From the NCBI GenBank assembly GCA_965279515.1, contig CBDIID010000003.1, forward strand, positions 2,208,001-2,272,000: DNA of 64,000 nucleotides, written 5' to 3'. Positions within the stretch are counted from its first letter, which is position 1, and each line of letters begins with the position of its first letter. This DNA comes from Turneriella sp. (GTDB taxonomy: Bacteria; Spirochaetota; Leptospiria; Turneriellales; Turneriellaceae). Both the position numbers and the translations under genes were made by a program. Under the pieces are notes generated by a model. The model did no database searches and was not told where the DNA came from. It saw nothing but the letters and a program-made list of their open reading frames with translations. This document shows positions 9,859 through 21,013 of the stretch, piece after piece.

Positions 9859-10608
9859 ATGCCCCGCAATGCCCAAAAACCATCCGCTAAGCAACAGGTA
9901 ACCAAACCAGTTGTCTTTCACGCGCATAACCTCGCCAAAACCTATACCATGGGCGAAGTCAAAGTGCATGCGCTCGCCGGTATTGAACTCGAGCTCGTGG
10001 AGGGTGAGTTCATTGTACTCCTCGGCGCTTCAGGTTCCGGTAAATCGACACTGCTCAATATTCTCGGCGGGCTCGATACGCCGACCGACGGCAAGGTTCT
10101 CTTCCGCAACAAGGATATTTCAGCCATGTCGGAAAATGAACTAACCTTTTTCCGCCGCGACCATATCGGCTTTGTCTTCCAGTTCTATAACCTGATGCCC
10201 AGCCTTACCGCAGAAGAGAACATCGCGCTGGTGACCGAACTTGCGAAAGACCCCATGACGCCGGCTGAAGCCATGCGCCTCGTCGGCCTCGAAGAGCGCC
10301 TGCAGCATTTTCCCGCGCAGCTCTCCGGGGGTGAACAACAGCGTGTGGCGATTGCACGCGCGATCGCGAAAAAACCCGACGTGCTGCTCTGCGATGAACC
10401 CACGGGAGCCCTCGATTTCAAAACCGGCCGTATCGTGCTCGAGGCCATCTCTGCAGTAAACCTGAAGCTCGGCACAACAACGGTCGTCATCACGCATAAT
10501 GCCGCCATCGCCGGCATGGCCGACCGCGTCATCGAAATGCGCGACGGCCGCATTGTCAGTGATCGTAAAAATAAAAAACGCCAGGCAATCGCGGAGCTCA
10601 GCTGGTGA
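9859..10608 (+). CDS. ABC transporter ATP-binding protein (LolD/MacB type)
   Basis: [40 protein letters not shown]. Confidence 0.95.
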   Translation: MPRNAQKPSAKQQVTKPVVFHAHNLAKTYTMGEVKVHALAGIELELVEGEFIVLLGASGSGKSTLLNILGGLDTPTDGKVLFRNKDISAMSENELTFFRRDHIGFVFQFYNLMPSLTAEENIALVTELAKDPMTPAEAMRLVGLEERLQHFPAQLSGGEQQRVAIARAIAKKPDVLLCDEPTGALDFKTGRIVLEAISAVNLKLGTTTVVITHNAAIAGMADRVIEMRDGRIVSDRKNKKRQAIAELSW

Positions 10609-12944
10609 AAACCATCGACCGCAAAGTCATCCGCGAAATTTCAGGCATGAAAAGCCAGACGATCACCATCGCCATTGTCGTCGCCGCCGGGGTCGCGCTG
10701 TTTGTGTCTTCGAAATCTTCTTATGATTCCCTGGCCCGTGCACGCGACCATTTCTACAGCTCGACCGGTTTTGCGGAAGGTTTTGCTTCGCTGAAAAAAG
10801 CCCCGCGCAGCATTGTGACGCGCCTGTCTGCCACGGGTGGGGTCGCGCTCGTTGAGCCACGCATTACCCAGGAAGCCACGCTGGATTTCCCCGGAGAAAT
10901 ATTGCCCTCCGCCGGCAGATTCGTTTCCCTGCCCGATAAGTTAAGCCGCCTCAGCATCCGCAGCGGCAAATTGCCCGAGACCACAAATGAAGTGATGCTC
11001 AGCGAATCTTTTGCCCGGGCAAATAATCTGCGCCCCGGCAGCCGCATCGTCGCAGTGCTGAATGGCCGGCGCCAGGTGCTCAAGGTCACAGGTTCGGCGC
11101 TCTCTCCCGAATTTGTCTATATATTCCGCCCCGCGACCTTTATGCCCGATGACAAACATTATGGCATTCTCTGGATGACGCGCGAAGCGATGGAGAACCA
11201 CTTCGACTACGGTGCCGCCTTCAACGACCTCGCCTTTACCTTTGCGCCCGGCACGAACACCCGGCACACATTGAAATCCATCGACGCCGTGCTCGAAACC
11301 TATGGCGGCCTCGGCTCTTACGACCGCGACAAACTGGCCTCCTATGCATTTCTGCGCGACGAGTTTAAACAGCTGAGAACCAATGCCTTCTTTTTGCCGC
11401 TGGTTTTTCTCGGCGTCGCTGCCTTCCTGCTGCACATCGTCGCAACCCGGCTCATCAGCCGGCAGCGCGAGCAGATCGCCTCACTCATGGCGCTCGGTTA
11501 TTATAACCGGCAGATCGCCGGCCATTACCTGAAACTCATGCTGATCATCAGCGGTGGCGGCGCGCTGCTCGGTGTTGCGGCAGGCTGGTGGCTCGGGCAG
11601 GGCATGACACAACTTTACGGCGATTTTTACCGTTTTCCCGACCTAAAGCACGTGTTCCATTTTTCCGTCGCCTTCACCGGCCTCATGATCGGCACCGTCG
11701 CCGGCGTGTTTGGCACCTGGTTTTCCGTGAAACGTGTGATGAAGATGCAGCCGGCACAGGCCATGCGCCCCCCGGTGCCCGAGAGTTTTGCGCAGTCATT
11801 TTTCGAGCGCTGGTTCAAAAACATCCCTACGACCACACGCATGTTTTTGCGCAACCTGCTGCGGCGCCCGCTGCGCACCTCGCTCTCCATAGTCGGATTA
11901 TCCACTTCGGTAATGATTATGGTCCTTGGGCTGTTTATGACCGATGTCATGGACTCGATCGTCGGCATACAGTTTGATCTCATTAACCGCGACAACATGA
12001 ACGTCTCGTTCTTACGGCCCGTGCCGGCAGATGCACTGGACGAATTGCGTAGCATACCCGGAGTAGAGCTCGCCGAAGGTTACCGCCAGGTGCCCGTGCG
12101 GCTGAGGCATGGCCAATTTACAAAAGAGCTCGCGGTGACGGGAATTCCGGCAAATGCACAATTGCGGCGCGTGGCAGACCAGAATCGCGACGTTGTCTCT
12201 CTGCCGCTTTCGGGAGTATTGCTCAACTCGAATGTCGCGCGCAAGATGCAGCTGGGGCCGGGAGATACTGTCGAACTCGAACTCCTCGAAGGCAGCCGCC
12301 GCCGTGTCTCGGTTACCATCTCACGGCTGGTGGATGAAATTCTGGGCCAGGGTTGTTATATGCGCATGGAGGCTCTGAGCCGCCTGCTTAACGAAGAACA
12401 CAGTATTAACAGCGCCGCGCTGCGCATCGACACGCTGCAACAGGATCAGATTATCGCGCGCCTGAAAGTATCCTCGCAGGTTGCCTCGATCGGCACGCGC
12501 GAGGCGACGCTCAAAATCTTCTATGAGATGATGTCGCGCAGCATGCTGACGATGATTACGATCATCATGGTATTTGCCGCTGCGATTTCCATCGGCGTCG
12601 TCTACAACACAGCCATGATCTTGCTGTCGGAACGCACCTTTGAACTGGGATCGCTCCGCATCCTGGGTTTTACCAAAGCCCGGGTGTTCGAAATGCTCGC
12701 CTCGGAGCTAGGTACAGTAGTTATGGCCTCGCTCATACCCGGCTGCTTTCTGGGTTATGGTTTCGCCTGGCTGCTCATGAACTCCGTTGACACCGAAGAA
12801 TTTTCGCTGACGCTCATGATCAGCAACCGCACGTATGTAACGGCGATGCTGACTTCACTGGCGACGGCACTCCTCAGTTTTATCATCTTGTTTTTCCGCA
12901 TAAGAAAAATGGACCTGGTCTCGGTACTCAAAGTGAGGGAATAA
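10605..12944 (+). CDS. FtsX/MacB-type ABC permease (duplicated)
   Basis: Two FtsX-like modules ([27 protein letters not shown]) with periplasmic domains. Confidence 0.92.
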   Translation: MKTIDRKVIREISGMKSQTITIAIVVAAGVALFVSSKSSYDSLARARDHFYSSTGFAEGFASLKKAPRSIVTRLSATGGVALVEPRITQEATLDFPGEILPSAGRFVSLPDKLSRLSIRSGKLPETTNEVMLSESFARANNLRPGSRIVAVLNGRRQVLKVTGSALSPEFVYIFRPATFMPDDKHYGILWMTREAMENHFDYGAAFNDLAFTFAPGTNTRHTLKSIDAVLETYGGLGSYDRDKLASYAFLRDEFKQLRTNAFFLPLVFLGVAAFLLHIVATRLISRQREQIASLMALGYYNRQIAGHYLKLMLIISGGGALLGVAAGWWLGQGMTQLYGDFYRFPDLKHVFHFSVAFTGLMIGTVAGVFGTWFSVKRVMKMQPAQAMRPPVPESFAQSFFERWFKNIPTTTRMFLRNLLRRPLRTSLSIVGLSTSVMIMVLGLFMTDVMDSIVGIQFDLINRDNMNVSFLRPVPADALDELRSIPGVELAEGYRQVPVRLRHGQFTKELAVTGIPANAQLRRVADQNRDVVSLPLSGVLLNSNVARKMQLGPGDTVELELLEGSRRRVSVTISRLVDEILGQGCYMRMEALSRLLNEEHSINSAALRIDTLQQDQIIARLKVSSQVASIGTREATLKIFYEMMSRSMLTMITIIMVFAAAISIGVVYNTAMILLSERTFELGSLRILGFTKARVFEMLASELGTVVMASLIPGCFLGYGFAWLLMNSVDTEEFSLTLMISNRTYVTAMLTSLATALLSFIILFFRIRKMDLVSVLKVRE

Positions 12945-13817
12945 ATGGCAATTGCAGATAAAATCAAATCCGGCTGGAAAAACCGCTATCTCCGTTATGG
13001 CGGCCTGGCGGCAATCATCGTCGCCGCGCTGTTACTTTTCTACCGCAAACCCCCGGTGCCGACGGAAATCCACAAGGTGCAGCGCGGCACCTATGAAGCC
13101 TTCGTCGAAGAAGACGGGGTGACGCGGGTAAGGGAAAAATTTACGGTATTCTCCCCGGCTTCGGGTGTTTTGATGCGCGTGCATAAACATGCGGGGGATC
13201 GCCTGCAGAAAGGCGAGCTGATCACACATGTCATGCTCGATTACATGCGCCCGGTAAAATCGCCGGTCACAGGTACGGTATTAAAAATCCACCGTGAAAG
13301 CGAAGGTCCCATAGAAATGGGTTCTCCCATCGCCGACATCGGCGACACCGACAAGCTTGAAATCGTGTCCGAAGTTCTTACCCGCGATGTCGTCAACCTG
13401 AAACCCGGCAATGAAGTCATGGTCAGCGGCTGGGGCGGCGGCAACCTCGCCGGAAAAATCCGCCTCGTCGAACCATCCGCATTCACAAAAATCTCAACCC
13501 TCGGGGTCGAAGAGCAGCGCGTACGCGTGCTGATAGATTTTGACCGGCCCAAAGAAATGGGTGAGGGATTTCAGGTGCGCTGCCGCCTCATTTCACAACG
13601 CAAAGCAGATAGCCTGATTGTCCCGGTGGGCGCCCTGTTCCGCGACGGTGAAACCTGGGCGCTTTACCGCGTTATCAAGTCCCGCGCGGTAAAAACGACG
13701 CTGAAGGTCGCTGAAACCAGCGGCAGCACCGCACTGATAGAGACCGGCATCACTGCCGGCGACGACGTGATTTTGTTTCCGGGAGAAAAAATCCGCGACG
13801 GCGTAAAGGTACGCTGA
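12945..13817 (+). CDS. Periplasmic adaptor (membrane fusion protein) of the ABC exporter
   Basis: N-terminal TM; lipoyl halves SPASG and SPVTG; KISTLGVEEQRV; LIVPVGALF. Confidence 0.88.
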   Translation: MAIADKIKSGWKNRYLRYGGLAAIIVAALLLFYRKPPVPTEIHKVQRGTYEAFVEEDGVTRVREKFTVFSPASGVLMRVHKHAGDRLQKGELITHVMLDYMRPVKSPVTGTVLKIHRESEGPIEMGSPIADIGDTDKLEIVSEVLTRDVVNLKPGNEVMVSGWGGGNLAGKIRLVEPSAFTKISTLGVEEQRVRVLIDFDRPKEMGEGFQVRCRLISQRKADSLIVPVGALFRDGETWALYRVIKSRAVKTTLKVAETSGSTALIETGITAGDDVILFPGEKIRDGVKVR

Positions 13818-15181
13818 TGCCTTCAAACAATACCGCCATGCACTCACTGAGTGAATGGCGGCTGAACCAGACCCGCAGCCTGCTGTTACTCGTATCGCTG
13901 CTGATTGCCGCCATTCTGCCCGGGCTGCACTTCATGCTGAAAATCATTCCCGGCCTACCGGCTGACCCCCTCGGCATCAGGCTCATCGCCGCGGGCACCA
14001 TTCTCTTATTCGGAACGCTGACGTATTTACTGAAACCACTCCACCGCTTTTCAGAAGCCGTGCTGTTTTTCAACGTCACCCTGCTGCTGTGTGTGGATAT
14101 CTTGCTGATCACGCATGCACAGAACAACCTGATCCATATCTCCGCCGGGCTGCTGGCAATTTTCGGCGCGCAGGTTCTGTTCACCCGCTTCTGGTACTGC
14201 CTCAGTTCCTATGCGCTTGCCCTGGTTTTCCAAATTGCCTACACGGCGAGTGTGACAGATATCCGCGATTTCCGCAATCTGACGACGATTTTCATCTACG
14301 GCAATGCCTACGCCGTCTCGGCACTGCTCGCCTACCTGCACATCAAGCAGCTCGACCGGGATTTCGCGCAGCGTAAGGAAATTCTCGCCCTCAAACAAAC
14401 CCAGGACGGGGACTATTACCTCACTTCGCTGCTGATCGAACCGCTGATACGCAACAGCGCGAAATCGGCGCTGATCGCTGTCGATTTTTACATCGAACAA
14501 AAGAAAAAAGTCCGCTTCTATGAAAATGATTTCGACCTCGGGGGCGATATCTGTGTCTCAGACCGCGTCAAACTCGCTGGCGAGGATTTTGTTTTTTTCT
14601 TCAACGGCGACGCGATGGGTAAGTCTTCCCAGGGAGCCGGCGGAGCGCTTGTCACGGGTTCGCTGCTGCATTCCATTCTCGCGCGTTCGCATACCAGCCG
14701 CGAGATGCAGATTTCTCCCGAACGCTGGCTTATGGCGGTATACCGGGAGATCCAGCGCATCATGGAATCGTTTGATGGCTCGATGTATGTCTCTGCGGTG
14801 TTTGGCCTGATTTCAGAAAAAACGGGAGCTCTGCTTTACCTGAACGCCGAGCATCCTTTTTCGGTGCTTTACCGGGCGGGCCAGGCCAGCTTTACCGAGA
14901 ATGAAATCTCTGTACACAAACTCGGCGTACCCTTCGCCCAAAAACCGAAGATCTACGCGCGTCAATTGCTGCAGGGTGATATCTTTCTAATCGCTTCAGA
15001 TGGGCGCGACGATTTACTGGTAAACGGTAATTTCCTGGACTACAAAATAGCAGACCGGCCGCGATTTCTGACGCTCGTGGAGGCAGCCCAGGGAAACCTG
15101 AAAGAGATTGCGGCGGCAGTTCACGGCTCCGGAGAAGTCACCGACGACCTTTCCATGATCCGCATCGAGTATAAAGCATGA
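13817..15181 (+). CDS. Membrane-bound PP2C/SpoIIE-family phosphatase
   Basis: Multiple N-terminal TMs; LGGDI, NGDAMGKS, NAEHP, SDGRDD, TDDLS. Confidence 0.9.
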   Translation: MPSNNTAMHSLSEWRLNQTRSLLLLVSLLIAAILPGLHFMLKIIPGLPADPLGIRLIAAGTILLFGTLTYLLKPLHRFSEAVLFFNVTLLLCVDILLITHAQNNLIHISAGLLAIFGAQVLFTRFWYCLSSYALALVFQIAYTASVTDIRDFRNLTTIFIYGNAYAVSALLAYLHIKQLDRDFAQRKEILALKQTQDGDYYLTSLLIEPLIRNSAKSALIAVDFYIEQKKKVRFYENDFDLGGDICVSDRVKLAGEDFVFFFNGDAMGKSSQGAGGALVTGSLLHSILARSHTSREMQISPERWLMAVYREIQRIMESFDGSMYVSAVFGLISEKTGALLYLNAEHPFSVLYRAGQASFTENEISVHKLGVPFAQKPKIYARQLLQGDIFLIASDGRDDLLVNGNFLDYKIADRPRFLTLVEAAQGNLKEIAAAVHGSGEVTDDLSMIRIEYKA

Positions 15182-15744
15182 AACTTGTCATTATTCCCGG
15201 CCTCGGTAATTCTGGTCCTGAACACTGGCAGACACTCTGGCAGAAAAAGTTCTCTGGTTCCGTTCGCGTAAATCAAAATGATTGGGAAAGACCCGATCGC
15301 GGGCTGTGGATTGATGCGCTGCAGGGCGTTGTGGCCGTCCAGCAGGCGGATATCCTGCTTGTCGCCCATAGCCTCGGCGTCGCACTCGTCGCGCATTGGG
15401 CGGCTCAATACCGGGCGGCAAATGTGAAAGGCGCATTGCTCGTATCGCCGAGCGACGTCGATTCACCGGCGCACACACCCGAAGAGGTGCGCAGCTTTGC
15501 GCCGATACCGCTGGAAAGACTTCCGTTCAAAAGCATCGTGGTTTCGAGTAGCAACGACACATTCGTCAGCGCTCAACGCGCACGTTTTTTTGCCGACCGT
15601 TGGGGTTCGGAGTTTATCGACGTCGGGCCGCACGGTCACATCAACGCCGCGTCTGGCCTCGGCGAATGGGAAGAAGGTCAGAAAATTCTGGGCCGGCTTG
15701 AGGACCCCACCCCCGGCCCCTCTCCACGTAGTGGGGAGGGGTGA
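15178..15744 (+). CDS. RBBP9/YdeN-family alpha/beta hydrolase
   Basis: IPGLGNSGPEHWQ, VAHSLG, SSND, GHIN. Confidence 0.92.
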   Translation: MKLVIIPGLGNSGPEHWQTLWQKKFSGSVRVNQNDWERPDRGLWIDALQGVVAVQQADILLVAHSLGVALVAHWAAQYRAANVKGALLVSPSDVDSPAHTPEEVRSFAPIPLERLPFKSIVVSSSNDTFVSAQRARFFADRWGSEFIDVGPHGHINAASGLGEWEEGQKILGRLEDPTPGPSPRSGEG

Positions 15745-15762
15745 CCGAAGGTCGGGGTGGGG
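15705..15762. repeat. GC-rich REP-like palindromic element
   Basis: CCCCACCCC...GGGGTGGGG outer arms enclosing CCCCTCTCCAC-gta-GTGGGGAGGGG and GACC-gaa-GGTC hairpins, between convergent genes. Confidence 0.65.
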
Positions 15763-15770
15763 CTAGAACC

Positions 15771-17747
15771 CTACCCCTGCCGGTCTTGAATCAACAATTC
15801 AACCACGGATGGATCGGCAAGCGTGGATGTATCACCTAACGTCGAAAACTCACCCGCGGCGATCTTGCGCAAAATACGGCGCATGATCTTGCCGCTGCGC
15901 GTCTTCGGCAGTCCCGGTGTGATGTGGATGGCATCGGGCTTGGCGATTGGCCCGATCTCTTTGGAAACCTGCGCGATGAGCGCTTTTTTCAGGTCGTCGG
16001 TTGCGGCGATGCCTTCTTTCAGAATCACGTAGGCATAGATGCCCTGGCCCTTGATGTCGTGCGGAAAACCCACGACCGCCGCTTCGGCCACCGACGGGTG
16101 CAGCACCAATGCCGACTCAACCTCGGCTGTGCCGAGCCGGTGGCCGCTGACGTTGATGACGTCATCGACGCGGCCCGTGATCCAATAGTAGCCGTCTTTG
16201 TCGCGCCGGCAGCCATCCCCCGTAAAATAATAACCCTTGAAGGTCGAGAAGTAAGTCTGGTAAAACCGGTCGGGATCGCCATAGACCCCGCGCATAATCG
16301 CCGGCCAGGGAAATTGGATGCAGAGGTTGCCCTCGGTTTCGCCCTTCAGCGTTTTGCCCTCGGCATCGACGAGCAGCGGCTGCACGCCGAAAAACGGCAG
16401 CGTCGCCGAACCCGGCTTCGTCGTTGTCACACCGGGAATCGGCGAGATCAGCACACCGCCGGTCTCTGTCTGCCACCAGGTATCGACGATCGGGCACTTG
16501 CCCTTGCCGACCGTGCGGTGATACCACAGCCAGGCCTCGGGGTTGATCGGCTCACCGACCGAGCCCAAAAGCCTCAGCGAAGAGAGATCGTGCTTTTTGA
16601 CGGGTTCGTCGCCGAAACGCATCAGCGCGCGGATAGCCGTCGGTGCCGTATAAAAAATCGAAACGTGGTGTTTCGCGACAATCTGCCAGAAGCGGTCGAC
16701 GTGCGGGTATGTGGGAATTCCCTCGAACATGAGCGAGGTGGCGCCGTTGATGAGCGGCCCATAGAGAATGTAACTGTGTCCCGTGACCCAACCTAAATCG
16801 GCGGTGCACCAGTAGGTGTCGGAGTCATGCACGTCGAAGACAATCTTGTGTGTAAACGATGCATAGACACCGTACCCGCCTGTGGTATGCAACACGCCTT
16901 TGGGTTTGCCGGTCGAACCCGATGTGTACAAAATAAAGAGAGGATCTTCACTGTCCTGTTCGGAGGGTTTATTTTTCGCGGAGACCTTTCCTGCCTCTTC
17001 ATGCCACCACAGGTCGCGGCCTTCCTTGAAGTCGACGGCGTCGCCTGTGTGTTTCACGACAAGTACCTTGCGCACCTTCTGCGTGGATTTTTCAAGCGCG
17101 GCGTCGACATTTGCCTTAATCGGAATCACCTTGCCGCCCCGATAACCGGTATCTGACGTAATGATAAAATCAGACGCCGCATCGACCACACGGTCCTTAA
17201 TCGAATCAGGGGAAAATCCACCGAAAATGATCGAATGCACAGCGCCGATGCGCGCGCAGGCCAGCGTCGCCATCGCCAGCTCGGGGATCATCGGCATATA
17301 GATTGTGACGCGGTCGCCCTTTTTGACGCCATGCGCGAGCATTACATTCGCCATACGGCAGACTTCGTGGTACAGTTGCTGATAAGTAAACGTGCGCGAA
17401 GGCGTTGCCGGGTTATCGGGTTCCCAAATGATTGCGGCTTTGTTCTTGCGATCGGTCGCCAGGTGACGGTCGAGAGCATTGTAGCAGAGGTTGACCTTGC
17501 CGCCGACATACCAGGCATTCTGGGCCTTGGCAAAATTCGACTGCAAAACTTTTTTGAACGGCTTAAACCACGTAAGCTGCTGCTTGCCGATCTTACCCCA
17601 GAACGCCTCGGGGTTTTTCACCGACTGATGATACATTTTTTTGTATTCTGCCATGCCCTTGATGTGCGCGCCTTTCACCAGTGCGGGTGCGATTTTTTTC
17701 GGATCGAATTTTTCGTTGGCGTTTTTCGCCTTTGCTTTGGAAGCCAT
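15771..17747 (-). CDS. acs: Acetyl-CoA synthetase (AMP-forming)
   Basis: [47 protein letters not shown]; start set at MASKAK. Confidence 0.97.
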   Translation of the reverse strand: MASKAKAKNANEKFDPKKIAPALVKGAHIKGMAEYKKMYHQSVKNPEAFWGKIGKQQLTWFKPFKKVLQSNFAKAQNAWYVGGKVNLCYNALDRHLATDRKNKAAIIWEPDNPATPSRTFTYQQLYHEVCRMANVMLAHGVKKGDRVTIYMPMIPELAMATLACARIGAVHSIIFGGFSPDSIKDRVVDAASDFIITSDTGYRGGKVIPIKANVDAALEKSTQKVRKVLVVKHTGDAVDFKEGRDLWWHEEAGKVSAKNKPSEQDSEDPLFILYTSGSTGKPKGVLHTTGGYGVYASFTHKIVFDVHDSDTYWCTADLGWVTGHSYILYGPLINGATSLMFEGIPTYPHVDRFWQIVAKHHVSIFYTAPTAIRALMRFGDEPVKKHDLSSLRLLGSVGEPINPEAWLWYHRTVGKGKCPIVDTWWQTETGGVLISPIPGVTTTKPGSATLPFFGVQPLLVDAEGKTLKGETEGNLCIQFPWPAIMRGVYGDPDRFYQTYFSTFKGYYFTGDGCRRDKDGYYWITGRVDDVINVSGHRLGTAEVESALVLHPSVAEAAVVGFPHDIKGQGIYAYVILKEGIAATDDLKKALIAQVSKEIGPIAKPDAIHITPGLPKTRSGKIMRRILRKIAAGEFSTLGDTSTLADPSVVELLIQDRQG

Positions 17748-18089
17748 GTTCCACGAGTCGCGAATCCGCAAGCGCCGTCAAGGAAATGCGTTGTTCCAGC
17801 GGCGCGCCCTTGCAGAGAGAAAGCCCGCCAGAGCATTTTTAAATTATGTCACATGAATTTCAGCCAATAATTTCAACACAAAACTGAACGCTGCGTTCAA
17901 ACTCTGCTATAGAAAATTTTTATTTTTGGCCTCTGCTGTACTCTGAGCGCGATCTATATATGACGGTGCCCAACCGAACATAAAAAGTTGAACTTAGCGG
18001 GCACGGGACTGGGGCCACCATCCGCAGCGCGCGGCGGATGGCTTGTTCCAAATACCGAAGCACGTTCCGGGCATTGTCCTGGAGGCGTT

Positions 18090-18995
18090 ATGGCCTTGAA
18101 GAACGATCTGGTGCAGGCTGCACCTAAAGTATTGTGCTGGTACGGTGTGCCCTTGCACCTCACCGAAACACAGCGTTTCAATTTATTGCTGCACGATCTC
18201 TATCTGCACACCGCTACAGGTACAGATTTTGAAACATTTGGCCAGCTCAACGGCCGCACGACCGCATACGTCTATTCGTTTGATCATTATGCCCCAACAC
18301 TCAGGGCGCACAGCGAGTCGATGCAGATTTCAGCGGCGAAAAAACTTGCGCACTACATCAATTCATTCTGCAGCCACAACAGTATCGTCGTGACACGCAC
18401 ACTTTCGCCCAAGGTTGAAGATATTTTCCATCAGGCGGATGTCTCCTTTTTGCAGAGAGATTTGACCTTTGAGAAACCATTTTTCCACTTCATCCGCACA
18501 CATGCCTTGCCGCTGTTCCACAAACACGAGCGCCCAGACCGCAACTATATCCGCGTGGTGCCGAAAGAGGCGAACGAGTTCCGTGTGTTCGTAAAAAACC
18601 TGGGCCGCCCCGGAGACGCCACACTCACTGCGCGCCTCATGAACCTCAGCCTCAACGGTTTGAGTCTCAAGATGAATGAGAGCAAGTACCGCAACCTCGA
18701 TCTGCGCGAGGCTGTGCAGGTAACGCTGCGTTCGCCCAAGATGGCCATCCACATCACCTGCGGTTTTGTGACGCGCATCAATACCGACACCGATGAAATT
18801 GCAGTGAATTTTAGCCTGCACGACAAAAGTTTTATCGATAACCGCGACGCCGTGCAGCTGCAGCGCCTGGTACTCATGACGCTCGAACAGGGCGCCCGCA
18901 TGGAACTAGCAAAGAAAGCCGATCCGTCATTTCCCGATCTGAATATTGTAGCCCCCGGCGCGGTAACGCCTGGCGCCGCCAAAGGAGTCACCTGA
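18090..18995 (+). CDS. PilZ-domain protein
   Basis: RPDRNYIR (RxxxR) and NLSLNG (D/NxSxxG); GGAGG SD before ATG 18090. Confidence 0.72.
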   Translation: MALKNDLVQAAPKVLCWYGVPLHLTETQRFNLLLHDLYLHTATGTDFETFGQLNGRTTAYVYSFDHYAPTLRAHSESMQISAAKKLAHYINSFCSHNSIVVTRTLSPKVEDIFHQADVSFLQRDLTFEKPFFHFIRTHALPLFHKHERPDRNYIRVVPKEANEFRVFVKNLGRPGDATLTARLMNLSLNGLSLKMNESKYRNLDLREAVQVTLRSPKMAIHITCGFVTRINTDTDEIAVNFSLHDKSFIDNRDAVQLQRLVLMTLEQGARMELAKKADPSFPDLNIVAPGAVTPGAAKGVT

Positions 18996-19060
18996 TGCTG
19001 TTACGCTTCTTATCTGACCGGATCTGGCTCTACTTTATGTTCGGAATGCGCCCCGAATAA
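18995..19060 (+). CDS. Putative 21-aa small protein MLLRFLSDRIWLYFMFGMRPE
   Basis: TGATG stop/start overlap and an AAGGAG SD 7 nt upstream. Confidence 0.45.
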   Translation: MLLRFLSDRIWLYFMFGMRPE

Positions 19061-19102
19061 GCCGACGCCTTTACACCCGCCGCGTAAATGTAAACGCGGC
19101 GC

Positions 19103-21013
19103 ATGTGGTCGAACCTTTACCCAAGGCTCGCACTGTTTGTGCGTTTTCTCGCCGTCGTGCTCACGATCAGCATGGCGGCGCGCCTGGCCTTTCTCGTGCT
19201 GTTCCGTGCAGAGGCGGTGCGCACAGATACAGGCGCGGTGCTCTTGTCGCTCGTCGCTGGCCTGCGCTTTGACCTGGCAGCCTTTGCCCTGGTTTTCGGG
19301 TTCTTAATCCTGCTGTTTTCGCTGCCGCTTGTGCCGAAACAGCTGCGTTTAAGCCTATGGGGATTCACCCTGGTTCTGCATTTTCTCTACTTCGCGGTGA
19401 CTGTGGGCGACCTCGTTTTCTATTCCATTTCGCACCGCCGATCATCCGCCGAATTTTTTGCTGTTTTTGCCTCGTTTAAGGACTTCTGGGCCTTTGTCTC
19501 GGGTTCGGCGCTCTATATCATTCTGGGCATTCCCGTAGGTGTGGCGCCGTTCTACCTGCTCTACCGCAAGCAGGTGCGCCGGGAATTGCCACGCATTCCC
19601 GTTCTGCAAAGCCTCGCGCTCATGGTCGTTGTGGCATTGCTTTCGATCATCGCCGTGCGCGGCGGTTTGCAGGGTCGCCCGCTCAATGTCACGCATGCCT
19701 TTGTGGTCGGCGATTATTTTCTCGGCAACGTCACGTTGAACCCGATCTTTGCGACAATCAAACTAGCATATACGGGCGACTCGTTGCCGCTCAACCGCGC
19801 GCTGGGCAACCTGCCCGTCGCCGAAGTGCGTAAAGCCGTTGCGGCTGAGGGTGAATTTTTTCCCCGCGAAGACTATCCGTTTTTTCGCGAAACACAGCCG
19901 ACGGGCGCCATGGTAAAAAGAAACGTCGTGATCTTTATTATGGAAAGCTGGTCGGCCGCCGATCTCGGCTGGTTCGGGCATCCGCTCAAGGCGACGCCTA
20001 ATTTCGACGCTCTCGCTGCAGAGGGAGTCAACTTCACCGAAGCGTATGCGCTCGGCAACCGCTCGATTACCGCGGTACCAACGATTGCCAGTTCTATCGC
20101 CGGTATGTTCGGCAAGCCCTATACGACATCGTCGTATGCCAACAACAAACAGCGCGGCATGGGCACGATCTTTGGCGAAGCGGGTTATGCCGGTTATTTT
20201 GTCACGGGTTACAAGGCGGGCGCGCAGGGATTTTCCACGTATATGCGCGTCGCCGGTTTCGACAAAATTATCACGCGCGAGAATTTGGGCCTCGGTACCG
20301 AAAAGTCAGACGGCGTCTGGGGCATCTATGACCACCACACCTTCGAACGCCTGCACCAAATACTCGACGCCGAAACCAAACCCTTTGTCGCCGTCGTACC
20401 CAGCCTGCACCCGCACCACCCGTATAAGCTTCCCGCCGATTATGCCGAGCGTGAATTTTATAAAGATGTCACCCGCGCGCCGCATTTCAATGCTTTGCGT
20501 TATTCCGATTATGCGCTGGGGCGCTTTTTCACTCTCGCACGCAAGTCGCGGTATTTCGCGAATACAATCTTTATCATCACCGCCGACCACACGTATACGC
20601 AGAACGGCGTGTTAGACAAATACCGGATTCCATTGCTATTCTACGCGCCAGGGTTTCTGCGCTTTGAAAAAAGGAACGGAATAGCCTCGCAGCTGGATAT
20701 CCTACCTTCGCTCATTGACCTCATGCAGGTGAAAACTGCGCATGCCAGCATGGGCAAATCGCTGTGGCGCAAAACGGGCACGCCTTGGGCGATCATCGAC
20801 CTGGATGGCAGCATGGGTTACCTGAGGGCACCCTATGCGGTGCTCGCCAACCGTGAAAGCGGCGTTGCGGCCTATGACATGGCAACCGACCCGGGATTTT
20901 CGCGCGACGTTCTCGGTGAGAGGCGGCCTGCGATTGCCGACCGCCTGCGCGAATGGTTCTCTTATATGAATTTTGTCAACGAGAGCATCGCGAAAAACCG
21001 CATCGCGCCGTAA
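19103..21013 (+). CDS. LtaS/phosphoglycerol transferase (sulfatase-fold) family membrane protein
   Basis: Multi-TM N-terminus; NVVIFIMESW, TPNFD, HHPY, YSDYALGRF, IITADH. Confidence 0.9.
   Translation: MWSNLYPRLALFVRFLAVVLTISMAARLAFLVLFRAEAVRTDTGAVLLSLVAGLRFDLAAFALVFGFLILLFSLPLVPKQLRLSLWGFTLVLHFLYFAVTVGDLVFYSISHRRSSAEFFAVFASFKDFWAFVSGSALYIILGIPVGVAPFYLLYRKQVRRELPRIPVLQSLALMVVVALLSIIAVRGGLQGRPLNVTHAFVVGDYFLGNVTLNPIFATIKLAYTGDSLPLNRALGNLPVAEVRKAVAAEGEFFPREDYPFFRETQPTGAMVKRNVVIFIMESWSAADLGWFGHPLKATPNFDALAAEGVNFTEAYALGNRSITAVPTIASSIAGMFGKPYTTSSYANNKQRGMGTIFGEAGYAGYFVTGYKAGAQGFSTYMRVAGFDKIITRENLGLGTEKSDGVWGIYDHHTFERLHQILDAETKPFVAVVPSLHPHHPYKLPADYAEREFYKDVTRAPHFNALRYSDYALGRFFTLARKSRYFANTIFIITADHTYTQNGVLDKYRIPLLFYAPGFLRFEKRNGIASQLDILPSLIDLMQVKTAHASMGKSLWRKTGTPWAIIDLDGSMGYLRAPYAVLANRESGVAAYDMATDPGFSRDVLGERRPAIADRLREWFSYMNFVNESIAKNRIAP

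Noticed and set aside
17960..18089. Hairpins upstream of the PilZ gene as a possible c-di-GMP riboswitch
   Set aside because: Short stems exist (GTGCCC/GGGCAC, CCATCCGC/GCGGATGG), but I could not find class I or class II signature motifs.
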